This document shows, piece after piece, positions 51,806 through 64,000 of a stretch of DNA of 64,000 nt. The DNA comes from Ancylonema sp. Its lineage: Eukaryota. The stretch lies in contig JBFLGF010000052.1 of NCBI GenBank assembly GCA_050230475.1, positions 1 through 64,000 of the forward strand, in the 5' to 3' direction. How positions within the stretch are numbered: position 1 is the stretch's first letter; every line of letters starts with the position of its first letter. The notes beneath the pieces were generated by a model. It saw nothing but the letters and a program-made list of their open reading frames with translations. It searched no databases and had not been told where the DNA came from. Made by a program: the position numbers and the translations under genes.

Positions 51806-52450
51806 TGTTAGACCCGGGAGGGGAAAGGATCTAGTTTGATAAAACACTCACAAGGAATAGACACCATGGGAAATGCGTCAGTAATGGTGGTGAGTACATG
51901 AGATGTTAGGAGTGCTTGAAGAGCACTCCTTGATAGACTATATACTAGTCTAGGTCAAGGTCGAGAATCAAGTCTGGTGGGACAATGCTAGAACTCGTTA
52001 TAAAAGAAACTGAAGTCTAGATTCGATATAAAGAACAATCTAGAGTTATGGACGGGAATCTTGATATAAGCACTAACTGAAATGCTAAGGGCAAAGAGAC
52101 TCAATATAAGAACAAACCCTCTATAGTGACACTAGCTAGTGACAAACTCCATAGAGACACACACTCGCTACTAGCACACTAGGCTAGGAGCGCTAAGGTT
52201 AGGGCACTCGCTAGGGAACTCTAGTGAAAATAGCGAGGGTCCTAACAGTACCCCCCCCTCAAAGGCGCGGAACGTGGAAAGGAGAAGGGCAGAGGGCTGG
52301 GCTCATGGCTGGGGGGATATGAGCTCAAGACAGGGGAGGTTCCCGGCGGTGGAGAGATGAAGGTTGGGCTCAGGGCTCAGGGCTCATGAGCCTTGGGTCG
52401 TGGGGGAAATGTTGGGCGCCCGTCACAGTGGAAGCGGGGGCCGGGGCGCG
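51806..52450 (-). mobile_element. 3' LTR (51806-52247), PPT and short 3' region of a minus-strand, probably Gypsy element
   Basis: TGTTAG...CTAACA termini. The adjacent GTACCCCCCCCTC reads GAGGGGGGGGTAC (PPT) on the minus strand. Confidence 0.75.
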
Positions 52451-55400
52451 ATCATACAGACTGAGGCGAAGGACCTCAACGTATACGTCAAGCGTCTTCA
52501 GCAGCTGCACCAGGATCTGAAGAATCTGGGGGAGCTAGTATCTCCGAAGTAGCAAGCGATCAACCTGCTGAACTCTTTAAACACGCATTACAACCCAATG
52601 GTCTCAACGCTGATGCCGTGGTCCGAGTCGTCACCACACCTCTTCACGATTCCCCACATCGTGTGTGCGCTGCTCCGCGACGACGTGAGGAAGGAGCTGA
52701 ATGAGCGTAAGAGGGGGGCGCTGCCAGGAGGTCACCAAGCGCATTATGGTGGACCTGGGGGGGGAAACGGAGCTGGAGGTAGCAGCAGATCTGGTGGTGC
52801 ACTGGAGCTGGTCGCAGAGACGCTGCAGGCGTCGAATGCTTCGGCTGCCACAAATTCGGGCACATCAGAGCGACATGCCCTTCACCAGCTCTTGGCGGAG
52901 GCCATGCCGGAGCCTGGAAATGTCACAGGTGCCACCAGGCAGGCCACCGAGCTGCTCAGTGCCCTGCGACATCCGCCAGCAGCTGGAAAATGTTGCGCAC
53001 GCTACTCAGGGAAGTTCAGGGGGGAGGCAGAAGTGCAGATATTGCAACATTGTAGGGCATACGATTGAACAATGTAGAAAACGCACGTCAGACATGGCTC
53101 TAATGAACCCTGCTAGGAGGCGAAGGGCTGATGCACAAGCTAGACTTGCTCGCTTTGCTGACAAACCTTTCGACGCTAATGTGGATTCTTTAGCTTTCGG
53201 TGCTTTCTCGTTCGATGTTGCTCGGGCATTGTCTGCTGGTTCGCACACAGACTCCCTGATCCTGGATTCAGGTGCTACCGACCACATTATCACGGCACGT
53301 GAACATTTTGTGAAGTACACACCTACCCTGAGCACGTAGAAGGCCTACATCACCACTGCTAACGGCTCGTCACACAAGGTGGAGGGCACTGGTTTCGTGC
53401 ACATCCGAGTGAGGAATGGCGACGCATTTTTTTTGTGCAGCCACTCAGCTCGATCCACGTCCCTACCTTTGCCTGAACCCTCGTGTCGACATCGTGCCTC
53501 GTCAGAAGAGGTGGGCTGAGCTTTCTACAGCTGCCCACGGGTCCACAATTAAAAAAGGGAAATGTGAAATGGGCTGATGTGCTGCAGCAGCCTAGTGGTC
53601 TGACTTTGCTTGCTGCCACCATCGTCATGCCTGGATCTCATGATACAAGAGCAAATTTGTCCACAGGCATGGTCTGGCATCACAAACTGGGTCACCCGAG
53701 TTCTGATGTGATGTCAGATTTTGTCAGACGTGGTGACATCCCAGAGTTAAAGTCGTCAAGGAGAATTAACTGAAGTAAGGGGATGTCAGGTTTGTTGTCA
53801 GGGGAAGATGATTCAGCTCAGTCATGCTAAAAGGTCAGTGAGGATCTGGGGACATGCCCCAAGATGGGTCGCATTCACCTGGATCTCATTGGACCATTGT
53901 CTGTGGTCTGCAAATGGAGGTTTCACGTATGCTCAGACAGTTGAGGTATCCACACGTCTGTCATTTGTCAGTTTGCTAAAAACAAAGGATGAAGCACTGA
54001 ACCGAGCAAAAGTCACTATACAATTGCTCGAGGTCGAGTCAGGGTTGCCACTACAGTCTATACGGACAGACAAGGGTGGGGAGTATGTGTCTCAGGACTG
54101 GATAAACTACTGTGGGGGGGGAAGGGTATTGACAAGCAAACCACAGAAGCATATAGTCCTGAACAAAACGGAATCTGTGAAAGACTGAATAGAACATTGA
54201 CAGAAAAGCGATGCATATTGATCTGGTCAGGTCTACCGAAGTCGTATTGGGATGTGGCATTATTACATGCAAACTAGTTAAGGAACAGAACTCCCACTAA
54301 GTCGCTTGCTGGCAGAATCCCAATTGAAGTCTGGGAGGGAAAGAACATGAAAATGAAATGAACAAAAGTCATAATTTTGGGTGTCAATACTTGCAGGTTG
54401 GGGGGGAAAAGAACAGTCAAGGGGACAAGTTTGCCCCTCGCACTTGCTTTGGTGTGTTTCTGGGGATGGCTGCGGGGAGTGCAGGCTACAACGTCTTCGA
54501 CCCCCATAGGGTGGGGGTGATATCACGCATGGACGTGGGTGCCGGGGTACCCGAAGCTCATTGGGGGGAGAGCTCCCCAGGTTCAGGCGGCAGCAGAAAA
54601 GTACTTTTTCTACAACACTTTTTCTACCTTTTCCCCGACCCGAAGATGAACCAGCAGCAGCAGTACATGCCAGCAGCAGCAGTCCACCCAATCATGCCAG
54701 CAGTTCTGCAGCAGCAGTCCAACCCATCATGCCAGCAGTTCTGCAGCCGATGCCAGCAGTTCTGCAGCCAATCCCAGCACCAGCAGAACCAGCAGGCCCT
54801 GAGCCAGCAGCTGCCATCGACTATCAGCACGACGACTTCCAGCCACAAGCTGCTGAGGTCCCTAACGCCACGATTGAGCTGTCCGACAGCCAGTCAGGGA
54901 TCAACAACGCAGGAGGTGGAGATGCGGAGGAGGTGCAAGGAGGGGGTGCGAACCCAGGAGTGGGGGAGCCGGGGAGCCAGGCAGCGTAGCTGATCGGGTG
55001 ATGGCCAGAAGGCGAGCCAACTTTGCCGAGTATGGGGATCTCTGATGGGGAGGAGTTTGATGACGCAGCACACGACAACTACTCAGCGACTGAGTGGGAG
55101 CCCAGCAGTTTCTACACTGGCTTCAACGGTCCTGTGGATCCGGGCTACGCGTGCGTAGCATCATCTAACAGCAACTCCTCCGAGCCACTCACCCTCAACC
55201 ATGCGATGATGAGGCCAGACTACCTGGGACAGGGCCATTGTGAAGAAGAGCGTTAGCAGCCCTGGAGACGTTCAACACCTTTGAGGTGTGTGTGCGTCCT
55301 CCAGGTAAAAAGGCTGTGGGGTGCAGATATGTTTTTAAGGTCAAAACAACCCCACAGGGGGATATTGAAAGATATAACGTCAGATTGGTCGCACAGGGAT

Positions 55401-56870
55401 TCTTACAGCAAGAGGGTATTGACTATAATGAAGTATTTGCACCAGTAATCGACAGTACATCTATCACCCTACTCCTCTATAGCAAACCAATATGACTGGG
55501 AACTGGAACAGATGGACGTAATCACAGCGTTCCTGCATGGACGTCTGGAAGAAGAAGTTTATATGAAAATACCACCACGTATGTATATCAATGGGGGTGC
55601 TGAGGGAAAGGTCTTACGACTGAAGGGTGCTTTGTACGGTCTAAAACAGAGTAGCCACGTGTGGCAAGAGATGTTCAGAAAGTTTATGATATCTGAAGGG
55701 TTTACACAATGCGTAATGGACACATATATATATATGAGGGGGGAAGCAAACAGCAGAATCATACTGGGCATACATGTAGATGATCAGGTGATCACAGGTC
55801 CTAACCCAATGGTCGTCAAACTTTTAAAGAAGATATGGGTAAAAGTTCAAAGTCAAGGATCTGGGTCCCCAAACCCATATCCTGGGGGTGGAAGTGAAGA
55901 GGGATAACAGAGAAGACTGCTCACACTGGGACAGTCAGTTCTTAAGGGGAGTACTCGAACGTTATGGGATGCATGAGTGTAATCCAACCAAACTCCCCCT
56001 CGCCCCTGGAACTCAATTTACACAAAATGATGAACCAACTCTTTCCCCTACCCCTGAAGAAATAACAGACTTTCGAGGGAAAGTGGGATCTCTCATATAT
56101 GCCATGAAACAAACCAGACTGGACATCGGGTATGCACTCGGGGTACTGGCTAAACACATGGGAAATCCTGGGGTCGCACACATAAGGGCGTTACATCAAC
56201 TATTCAGATACCTTAAAGGGACTGTGAACCACGGACTGACGTTTGTGGGAAAAGACAGCTTTGAAGTAAAGGGTTACTGCGATGCATCATGGAACAGTTG
56301 CAGCATGACAGGAAAGTCAGTCACAGGATGGGTAACCACGGTTGGGGGGACAGCACTGAGTTGGAAGTCACAGAAGCAGTCCACTGTTGCAAGAGCACTC
56401 TTGAGGCTGAATATATCGCTGCCTGTAGTGTATCTAAAGAGTGTTGTTATCTAGAGTCTCTCTTGAAAGAACTCAAGATTCCCAAACCAAATCACAATCC
56501 ACACTGACTCAACCTCAGCTCTCTCCATGATCCAGAATCCTGTGCAACGACAGAAATCAAAACATTTTAATGTGGTATATCACTGGGTACGGGAATGCCA
56601 CAGCACGGGAAGACTAAAATATGTGTATCTTGCAGGCGCCAATCAACCAGCAGATATGCTAACTAAAGCTCTTCCCCAAGTTTTACTGGACAGACACAGC
56701 AAAAGTCTAGGTTTTGGACGGTTATACTGAACTGGGGGTGTCAGTCTTTTCTTTTATTTTTATGATCAAGGTTTCGAATGCCATGCATGTTGGCAGGGGG
56801 TGTGTTGTTATGTTTCTTTTCATGCAGAAGTAATGGGGAGGGTACCCAACTTCAGCTGATCCAGCTAATC
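52450..56870 (+). mobile_element. Ty1/Copia LTR retrotransposon 2, decayed, 5' LTR missing
   Basis: gag, CCHC (CRYCNIVGHTIEQC), protease ILDSGATDH, WHHKLGHPS, integrase RTDKGGEY, RT (MDVITAFL, ALYGLKQS, IHVDD), RNase H (GYCDAS, ADMLTK). PPT GGCAGGGGG is followed by TGTTG at 56803; the LTR end is unclear. Confidence 0.92.
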
Positions 56871-57859
56871 ACACTTTCACCTTAATACCTTGAAAAGACT
56901 TGAAAACGCTTGAGGATACTTTAAAATCAGAAAGTGTGAATCTGCTCAACTTTAAACTTGTCAGTTTGTTCTGAATTTCCGAATGTATGTTCTAATCATT
57001 GTTGCAAAACTTGTGTCAAAAGTTGGTGCTGATAGGACTGGTAATTTTGAAGTTATGCTGTTTTGAGATTTTTCTGACACTGGAAAGTGTAAAGTTTCAG
57101 AATCGTGAAGTTGAAAAAGTTAAAAAATCAAAAATATTTTCATAAGTTTTTTTTTGTTTTTCGCCTCTACCTAAGTGGTATTTGTTTGTATGTTCAGGGC
57201 TTCGGCCTGAAAAACGACTAAGGATCTGGAGCGATCGACTTCATGGAGTTCCGATCGGCTTCCGAACGGCTGCATTTTTTGATAGAATCCCCTAGCACGT
57301 TTTTATGCTAGGGAAGACCAAAACTATTTTTTATATGTTATGCAATGGTTCTGCCATGATTTGGCAATGACTTGGGTACTCCTTTTGATGTCTGCATCCA
57401 TGCCAACTTTAGCATGGCATCCGAGTAGAATATTTTGGATAGCCATATGTTATGCTTGCTAGTCCAGTTGTGCCGGTTACTCTAACCGGAGCAATATTCT
57501 AGATGTGCCTGTATGCGGGGCCGGGCAAGTTTGTGCCCGGGCACCTGACATGTTTCCGACGCTTAGAGAGTTATTTGTTTGAAGCGTCGTGATTGGCTTG
57601 TTTAGTCGTGTCAGAAATGTCCGGGCATGTGCCGTTGACATGTAGAAGAGCTGTCAGTCAATGATAGGCCGACGGTCAATTGTGCCGACCGTCGGCACAC
57701 AACAATCTGTAAAGCGCATCGGGTATTACCATCCCCGATGCAATCACAATAATAAGTACCAATTCGTTCCACACACGCAACTCCTGTCTCGTTGATCATC
57801 AGTGATAGATTTGCATACGGTTCGTTTTGTCGCCCACCTAATTATTCCGGCAAGTCTAA

Positions 57860-58900
57860 TCACTCAAAAGCTTATAGGTCGCGGACGCAAGAGAGAGCGA
57901 TGCTGTCCTCCCGAATGCCCCCTCCTTGTTGTTGAACGCAAAAAGACCAAGAATGGCTCTCTCTTTCTCAAGTGGACTGAGTATTTTCGCGCACACACAT
58001 TCAAACGCTTCCTGGATCTTGGGACTCTTCCTCCTCCCTTGGAATTCAGGATCCAGTGCATACGCAGCGCGATGCAGGGGGCTGATGAATCCCTCCAAGC
58101 GAGTCCTTACGATATTGCTGACTTCGGATTGCACTTCCTCGATGTAGCTTTCGAATTCCACCGTCTCGACCTTTGCTTGCATAAGTGTGATGCGATGTAA
58201 TATTTGCGTCGTTAACATGAGCAAACTGAAATGTCAGATAAATATGTTGATCTAACAAGATCAATAAACATATGTGCAAATAAGAACGTTGCATACATTA
58301 TCAGACTTGAAGTGCAGAAGGGTACACTTACTTTGTCCATCGTTGGCACATCCGCATCCACCATTTTCATGAGCTCAACAATCGGCCCGAAGAGATCCAC
58401 TAGAAGTTTAACCTCCCTCCACATGTCTTCGGACTCCACTGTGTCGATGACCCACGCAGCCTCTTTCTCTTAGGCGTACTTCCGAGACCAGACAACGAAG
58501 TCCCTGTCTTTCACTACTTCGAGCAAAGCATCTCTTGGATGGTGGATATTATTAATTTGTGGGAAATATTCATGACAACAATTTTTTGTCATGAAAATTG
58601 CCCACAAAATAATATCCACCATCCAAGTTTGTGTAACAGCGGTTGGTGACGCAACTTTGCGCTTGTTATTAGTGTCCGAAAGTGTAGTTGACATGACATG
58701 TTGAACTGCACTATTCTTCTTCATCAAAAGTCAAGCACTCATATGTGCAATTCTGAAACTCATCCAACAAAACGCCATGAATACTTCGATAAGATAATCT
58801 TTCAAAGTCATTGAAGAAATGTCTGGGTTCCAAAGACCCTTAGTACATGCGTCTACTCACACACGACTCTCACAAAGATGCTATGCTGCACTTGACAGCC
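57860..58900 (-). pseudogene. hAT transposase remnant with introns
   Basis: MWREVKLLVDLFGPIVELMKMVDADVPTMDK and SPLHRAAYALDPEF are typical hAT catalytic-domain segments. Fragmented. Confidence 0.75.
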
Positions 58901-59667
58901 CCAAGCATATGATGCTATCCACTTGTCACCTACGTGTCAATACGTATACGCGTCACAATGTCTCAACTAGTGACTACACACGTTGTACCAGCCAAAACTT
59001 ACACATGTCCAAAATATTCCAACTACTGTCACCACGTGCATCTCTCTAAATGAAACAAATCACACAAAGAATGACTCAATTCTGACCACATACGACGCGT
59101 ATCGGTCACTTCAAAGTATCGACCTCGTATTATCCGCCCACCTAATTAGCACTCAAAACGCTATATTTGTAAAATCGATATCTTCCTAACCACAACTCCA
59201 AATCAACTTATTTTTTCATAAAATGTTTCTTACAACAACACCTATCAAGATAAGCATCGAAGTATTTTCGATCTCATTATACAAGCACTGATTCTGCTTT
59301 CTCACAGTTGATACTACACCTTACGAAATTGGTATTCGGCCATTGCGTGGACATGAGTTACATGTCAAATACCTATCAAAGCAAGGAGTATGAAATAAAG
59401 CAGACACCTAAAAATGATAACATTATAAAAAATAAAAAAATAAAAAAAAACCATTATACATCATAAATCCCACACGTATAATTTCACAGCCAAAGTTTGG
59501 CGTCCAAAAAGACCAGCCAAATTCTTAAGGGTATGAGGCCAAAGTACTTAGTCGTTTTGTTCCAAAAAAAAAAAAAAACGTCGAGTATTTGGCTTGACAA
59601 ATGTGCGGCCTAATACTTGGCGACGTAATTTCGGAGCCTAAGTTTGGCTACCAAGATGCCCAGCCTA

Positions 59668-60178
59668 CTGTACCGGCCAGGTTTATAGCCCCACCGATTC
59701 GTAAAAATATTTAGTTTACGTTAGCCCCACCCCTTAGCCCCAGCCCCGTACCAATTAATTTTGAGGCCCCACCCTTAGCCCCACCCCATTTCTGGCAATT
59801 ATTTTCGTTGCCCCAGCGAAGATAAGGCCCCACCCCATTATCGGGGTAACGGGGTTTGCTCCTGTTAAATTAATACTTCAAAACCTCTCGTATCTGTTGT
59901 TAGCCTGTCATATGAGCCCCTCCCGACAAATATTTGGGCTCCAGGCTTGAGGGAGCTCCCGTCTCCGGGCGGCAGCCCGCTACCCGGCTTGTAGGCTCAC
60001 TGGATAAAGCCCCAGGCGGGATAAATGAATTTTGGATAATGCCCCAGGTCGAATTGGCCGATATTGGCCGAATTTACTGGTACTTAAGGCCCCAATTTAC
60101 ATTTTTTTGAATAAATTTGCCTGCCCCGCCCCAACACTTGGTAATTATTTTCGGGGGCTATAAACCTGGCCGGTACGG
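59668..60178. mobile_element. Tc1/mariner-type MITE
   Basis: 25-bp TIR C(T/C)GTACCGGCCAGGTTTATAGCCCC, TA flanks, AGCCCC repeats. Confidence 0.88.
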
Positions 60179-60699
60179 TACTTCCTGGGCTCTTTCCCGT
60201 CAAATTTCATGGACCGTCACATGTGACGAGGCACACTATAGAATCTCGCGAACGAATGGCAAGGTTTCGAGGCGCGAAGTGGCCGTTTCACCGCGTTTCT
60301 TGCCGCGTGGATTGCCGCGTGGCCAAGTTACAGGGAAAATACCATCTCCTCGTAACGAAAAGTGCGGTGAGACGAAGCCGCAGTTTGGTGCCTCGGTCTC
60401 GTGGTCCGCACTCACCACCCCGCAAGCTGGACCACGGATCGCACCGAAGTCGAGTCATGGCTCCCAAGTCCGCCCCCAACATACTGAGACTATCCAATTA
60501 TTAGAATAAATTGATGAAACTGGTGATCGGTGATTTCGAGTCCATGGTGGGTCACATTGAAGCTTTCTTTAGATATCCTCTACGGTTAGACTAATGTGAC
60601 GAGTACTCGCGCTACTTGGAATACAAATTCCCCATGCTGAACTTCAAAGACTCCTGCGTCGCCAAGCTGTTCCCCCTGGCCATTGAAGCCCAGGAACAT

Positions 60700-61704
60700 G
60701 CGTCATGAGAACTGCAAAAGAAAACAAAGATTTGCATGGTCAAACTTAAGATCCCGTTCCCCCCCACGTTCGCCTCTTCTTCTTGTCCACTCACACGATC
60801 GGTCTCGCCCTTCTGCTTGGGAACAATGACTGTGTTGACGTGGTAAGCTCCATCAACCTGCACACCACCCAATCCTCACATCTGGTTGATGAACCGACAA
60901 ACATGTTTCGTTGAATGGGGGATATGTTACCGCCCTCACCATTTTCCCTCCCAACATTCCTCCCGTCTCCAGTTTGTTCTTGGTGTTGGGGGGCGCCCCC
61001 CGCTCGAATTCGCCCACCAGTCGGTTCGACTCTACCCCCAATGAAACCCCCCACTTAGGTCGTTACTTAGTGTGTCTGAGCTCGCTCCTGAGCTCAATTG
61101 TGTCGTGCGCCATGTGCCTAGCCCCGGAAAACTTGGGAATTCCGAGCTTAGACGCTATAGCTTAGTGTCGGCGGAAATGATTTATGAGCTTGTTCGAGCT
61201 CAGATATCATTTCCGCCCCTGAGCTCGAGCGTCGAGCTCAGGAGTGCTGACGTGGTCCTGAGCTCAAACCCGCCAATCGCGCGATGCCAATTTTCCGATA
61301 CGCCAATCATCGATTTTCACTTGAACGAGGTTAGGGGCAACCATGCTGACATGGAACACTAAGCTAACATGATTATTTCGCCGGCCGCAGCGAGCTCATG
61401 AAGTCGAGCTTAGGAGGAATTTGCTACTGAACCGTACCCGCGATTATCGCCGGCGTAATTGAGCTCAGGAACACTAAGTAACACCCTTATGATCGAAAAT
61501 TGGGTCACCATTGCACCCACTACCCATGGCTTCGCAGTCCTCACGGTGTACACAATGGCCAACTATGGTTGCACTCCCGTTGAGCCCTCCCCTGCTTCCA
61601 CTTGTTGTACCACCATGCAGTACGTGAAGTCGTTTGTTATGGCTTGTGAGACGGTGTGCCATGCGCATAGCACTTTGCGCCCACCTGCCGATACCAAAAT
61701 CCAC
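60700..61704 (-). pseudogene. AMSH-like JAMM/MPN domain fragment interrupted by a MITE
   Basis: LVGEFERGAPPNTKNKLETGGMLGGKM, an intron, then VDGAYHVNTVIVPKQKG match the N-terminal half of AMSH-type MPN domains (NT..NLETCG.L.G ... IIPKQ). No HxH motif was found. Confidence 0.62.
61058..61486. mobile_element. PIF/Harbinger (Tourist-like) MITE with GAGCTC repeats
   Basis: TIR GGTCGTTACTTAGTGT / ACACTAAGTAACACCC, TTA duplicated on both sides. Confidence 0.85.
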
Positions 61705-62288
61705 CTGCCGATACCTGTTCCCTTCATGTTACTTAGGTCTTTTTTAAAAACCTAAGTCTATTCAGTCGCTCTCAATCCGATTGAAATTTTTGACGTGGAC
61801 CTTGCATTTGTACGATTGTGTACACGTCAACTATTTACGGTGTCTCTGACTGGCTGACTCCGCCGGTTATGACGATTTCGACATTTTTCCAGGTTTGGCT
61901 GCCATGTCATCGCTGACGTGGCGTGAAGTGATTGGCTCATTTCCGCGTTTTTAATGAGAAATTTCGGGAAAAAATGCATTATTCGGTTAGTTTCCGGGGG
62001 ATGTGAATGTTGGAATAAGTGGGGGGCCACCAATTATTCCACCGGACAAAAAAATCGCGTTCGTTGCAATGTTTAATATTCATGTGTTAGGCCCTCTACG
62101 ACAACCCTTGCATACCTAGTTTTTATGTATATCTACCCTCATCCCCGTGGGATTTGCAATCATGTCCTGAAAGGAGATCTATCAATACTCTCCCCCCATT
62201 CCCCTTGCAACACAGAGTACAATTTTTTTCGCTCGAGCTGAAACTCTTTTTTTATTCTTATTATTCATAAAATATTAAATTATAATTA

Positions 62289-62526
62289 CTGTAGTGGCCA
62301 TACATAATGACCCGGGTTTTAATAAACGAATTAATTTAACTAAAAAAACCACCACTTGACCCAACCCGCGCACCCAATATAACATTTCTAAAAACCCTGA
62401 AAAATATTTATTATCTGGTTACACACATTAAAGAATGACTCAATTTTTAAAAAATTGAATTATTTAATTTGACCCCACCCACCCTTCTCATAAATATTTG
62501 CGGGTCATTATGTGTGGCCAGTACGG
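62289..62526. mobile_element. Tc1/mariner-type MITE
   Basis: TIR CTGTAGTGGCCATACATAATGACCCG / CGGGTCATTATGTGTGGCCAGTACGG, TA flanks. Confidence 0.82.
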
Positions 62527-62569
62527 TATATTTATACTTATGTAATCTATTCTACACTGTTAGTATCTT

Positions 62570-63340
62570 GGCTGGATGGCTGGCTGGCCGGTTGTGTGGT
62601 TGTGTGGCTGATTGGGTTTGTTCAGTACATTGGACGCTGCGAGACAGCGAGTCTCATATATTTTTGGTCTGCCACAATTTAGAGGCAGACAGACAGATAA
62701 GATACAAGGCATAGGAGTCATCGCAATCTCAGCGCGATGAGAAAGATAACGCGAGAGCCCGACAGAGAGAGCTGGCTGGCCGCTGGCTAGCTGCCTGGCT
62801 GGCTCCCTGGATGGCTAACTAGCTGGCTGGTTCAGATCTGCAAGATAAACCCCTGAAGAATTTCTGTTCATTACAATTGTATGATTACAGGTCAGGCATA
62901 ACAGAAAGGTCAGGCATAAGAGCAGCGAAACTGTTCTTTTTAGGTCAAAATCGCACTCGCGATCTGAACGGCTGGGTGGCTATCTTTTCGCAAACATTTA
63001 TCCGCTCGGTCTGAACTACCCTGGAAGCTGCTGGAAGCTAAACTATAAAAACTAAACTAAAAAAGGAGAAATTGTGAAAATTGCAGTCGCAATCTGAACG
63101 GCTGGCTGACTCGCAGACGCATACATTTCTCCGCTCGCTCTGGGCTATCCTGGACGCTGCTGCTGGAAGCTAGATACTTTACTATATAAGAGGAGAAATT
63201 GAAAAAATGGCAGTCGCAAACTGAGCGCGAAGATCGAGAGATCACGAGAGCGCGAGAAAGAAAGAGAGAAAGAGGGAGCGCTGGCAGGCTCACTGGCTGG
63301 CTGGCTGGCTGGCTGGTCGCTGTCGCAAATCGCAGTTGCA
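62570..63340. repeat. GCTG-microsatellite-rich region with an imperfect ~140-bp tandem duplication
   Basis: (GCTG)n runs; 62950-63075 resembles 63080-63205. Confidence 0.6.
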
Positions 63341-63790
63341 GTTCCAAGTTGCAAATCGCAGAAGCGAATCGCTCGGCTCGCCTTGCTCTGATCGGTCCTC
63401 GCTCACCGCCTATACCGACGTCAAAGTCTGACATGCATTGTGACAGAGTGGAAGCCAGCAAGGGTTGCAGACATGGTCTTCGGTCAGTTTGACTACGGCG
63501 AAACAAGCAGGTTAAGGTTCCTGAACCCTAAACCGAAGCTTAGTCCACCGGCAGAATCGGCCGCGCCTACCGGAAGCAATCTTATAGCGATTGCCGGCTG
63601 AATAGACGGCTGTAACTTTCCTCTGTCTATAAAATTGTCACTATATCAAGGGTTTACTGTATATTACGACTGGGCGCCGTAAAATGTAGCAGGCAAACGA
63701 AACGGCCAGCGCATCGAACCGGTAGCGCAATGTTTTGGCCGGTCATATTTGCCGGGAAAATGCCCGGATTCTCCGGAAACGTGCGCTCTA

Positions 63791-64000
63791 CAGTAAACCC
63801 TTGATATAGTGACAGATTTATAGACAATGAAAAATAATGTCACTATATCGAATGCTAGGGGTGTCACTGTACACTGTATAGTGACATTTGATAAGGCGAC
63901 ATCGGGCAAATGTCACTATGTCGAGGGAAAGTGAAATCCAGGTACTAAAAGCTATCAGATCGGGTTCGCAACGATTTTTCATATCGTTTCATTAAATTGG
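63791..64000 (+). mobile_element. Left end of another GTCACTATA pogo-like MITE (runs off the window)
   Basis: TA-CAGTAAACCCTTGATATAGTGACA is colinear with 3132-3300. An inverted left-end fragment lies at ~63612-63659. Confidence 0.82.

Noticed and set aside
54358..54993. Gln-rich 211-aa ORF
   Set aside because: Out-of-frame reading of the repetitive integrase-RT linker of Copia 2.
63524..63534. AACCCTAAA telomere-like motif
   Set aside because: Single unit, no array.
1..64000. tRNA, rRNA or prokaryotic operon/defence systems
   Set aside because: None recognised. The genes are intron-containing eukaryotic types.

Overview
Eukaryotic nuclear DNA with GT-AG introns and plant-type gene families, most consistent with a non-seed streptophyte (charophyte alga or bryophyte; this is inference). 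Six host genes can be modelled with good confidence: a PAP2 lipid-phosphate phosphatase, an F-box/Kelch protein, a NEDD8-specific protease (NEDP1/SENP8), a polyketide-cyclase/START-family protein, an RBMX2/Snu17-type RRM+CCCH protein and a second F-box protein. A seventh spliced gene of unknown function is weakly supported. Between the genes lie two decayed Ty1/Copia elements, a Gypsy-type 3' LTR, a hAT transposase remnant and more than 15 often nested MITEs (hAT, Tc1/mariner-pogo, PIF/Harbinger). The most notable object is an ~8.6-kb LTR element (30357-38997) carrying gag, two CCHC knuckles, a protease, a coiled coil and a C5-cytosine-methyltransferase-like domain. The catalytic motifs of that domain appear replaced, and no RT, RNase H or integrase is visible. 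A MITE-interrupted AMSH/JAMM gene fragment lies near 61 kb. All family assignments come from motif recognition by eye; no searches were run.
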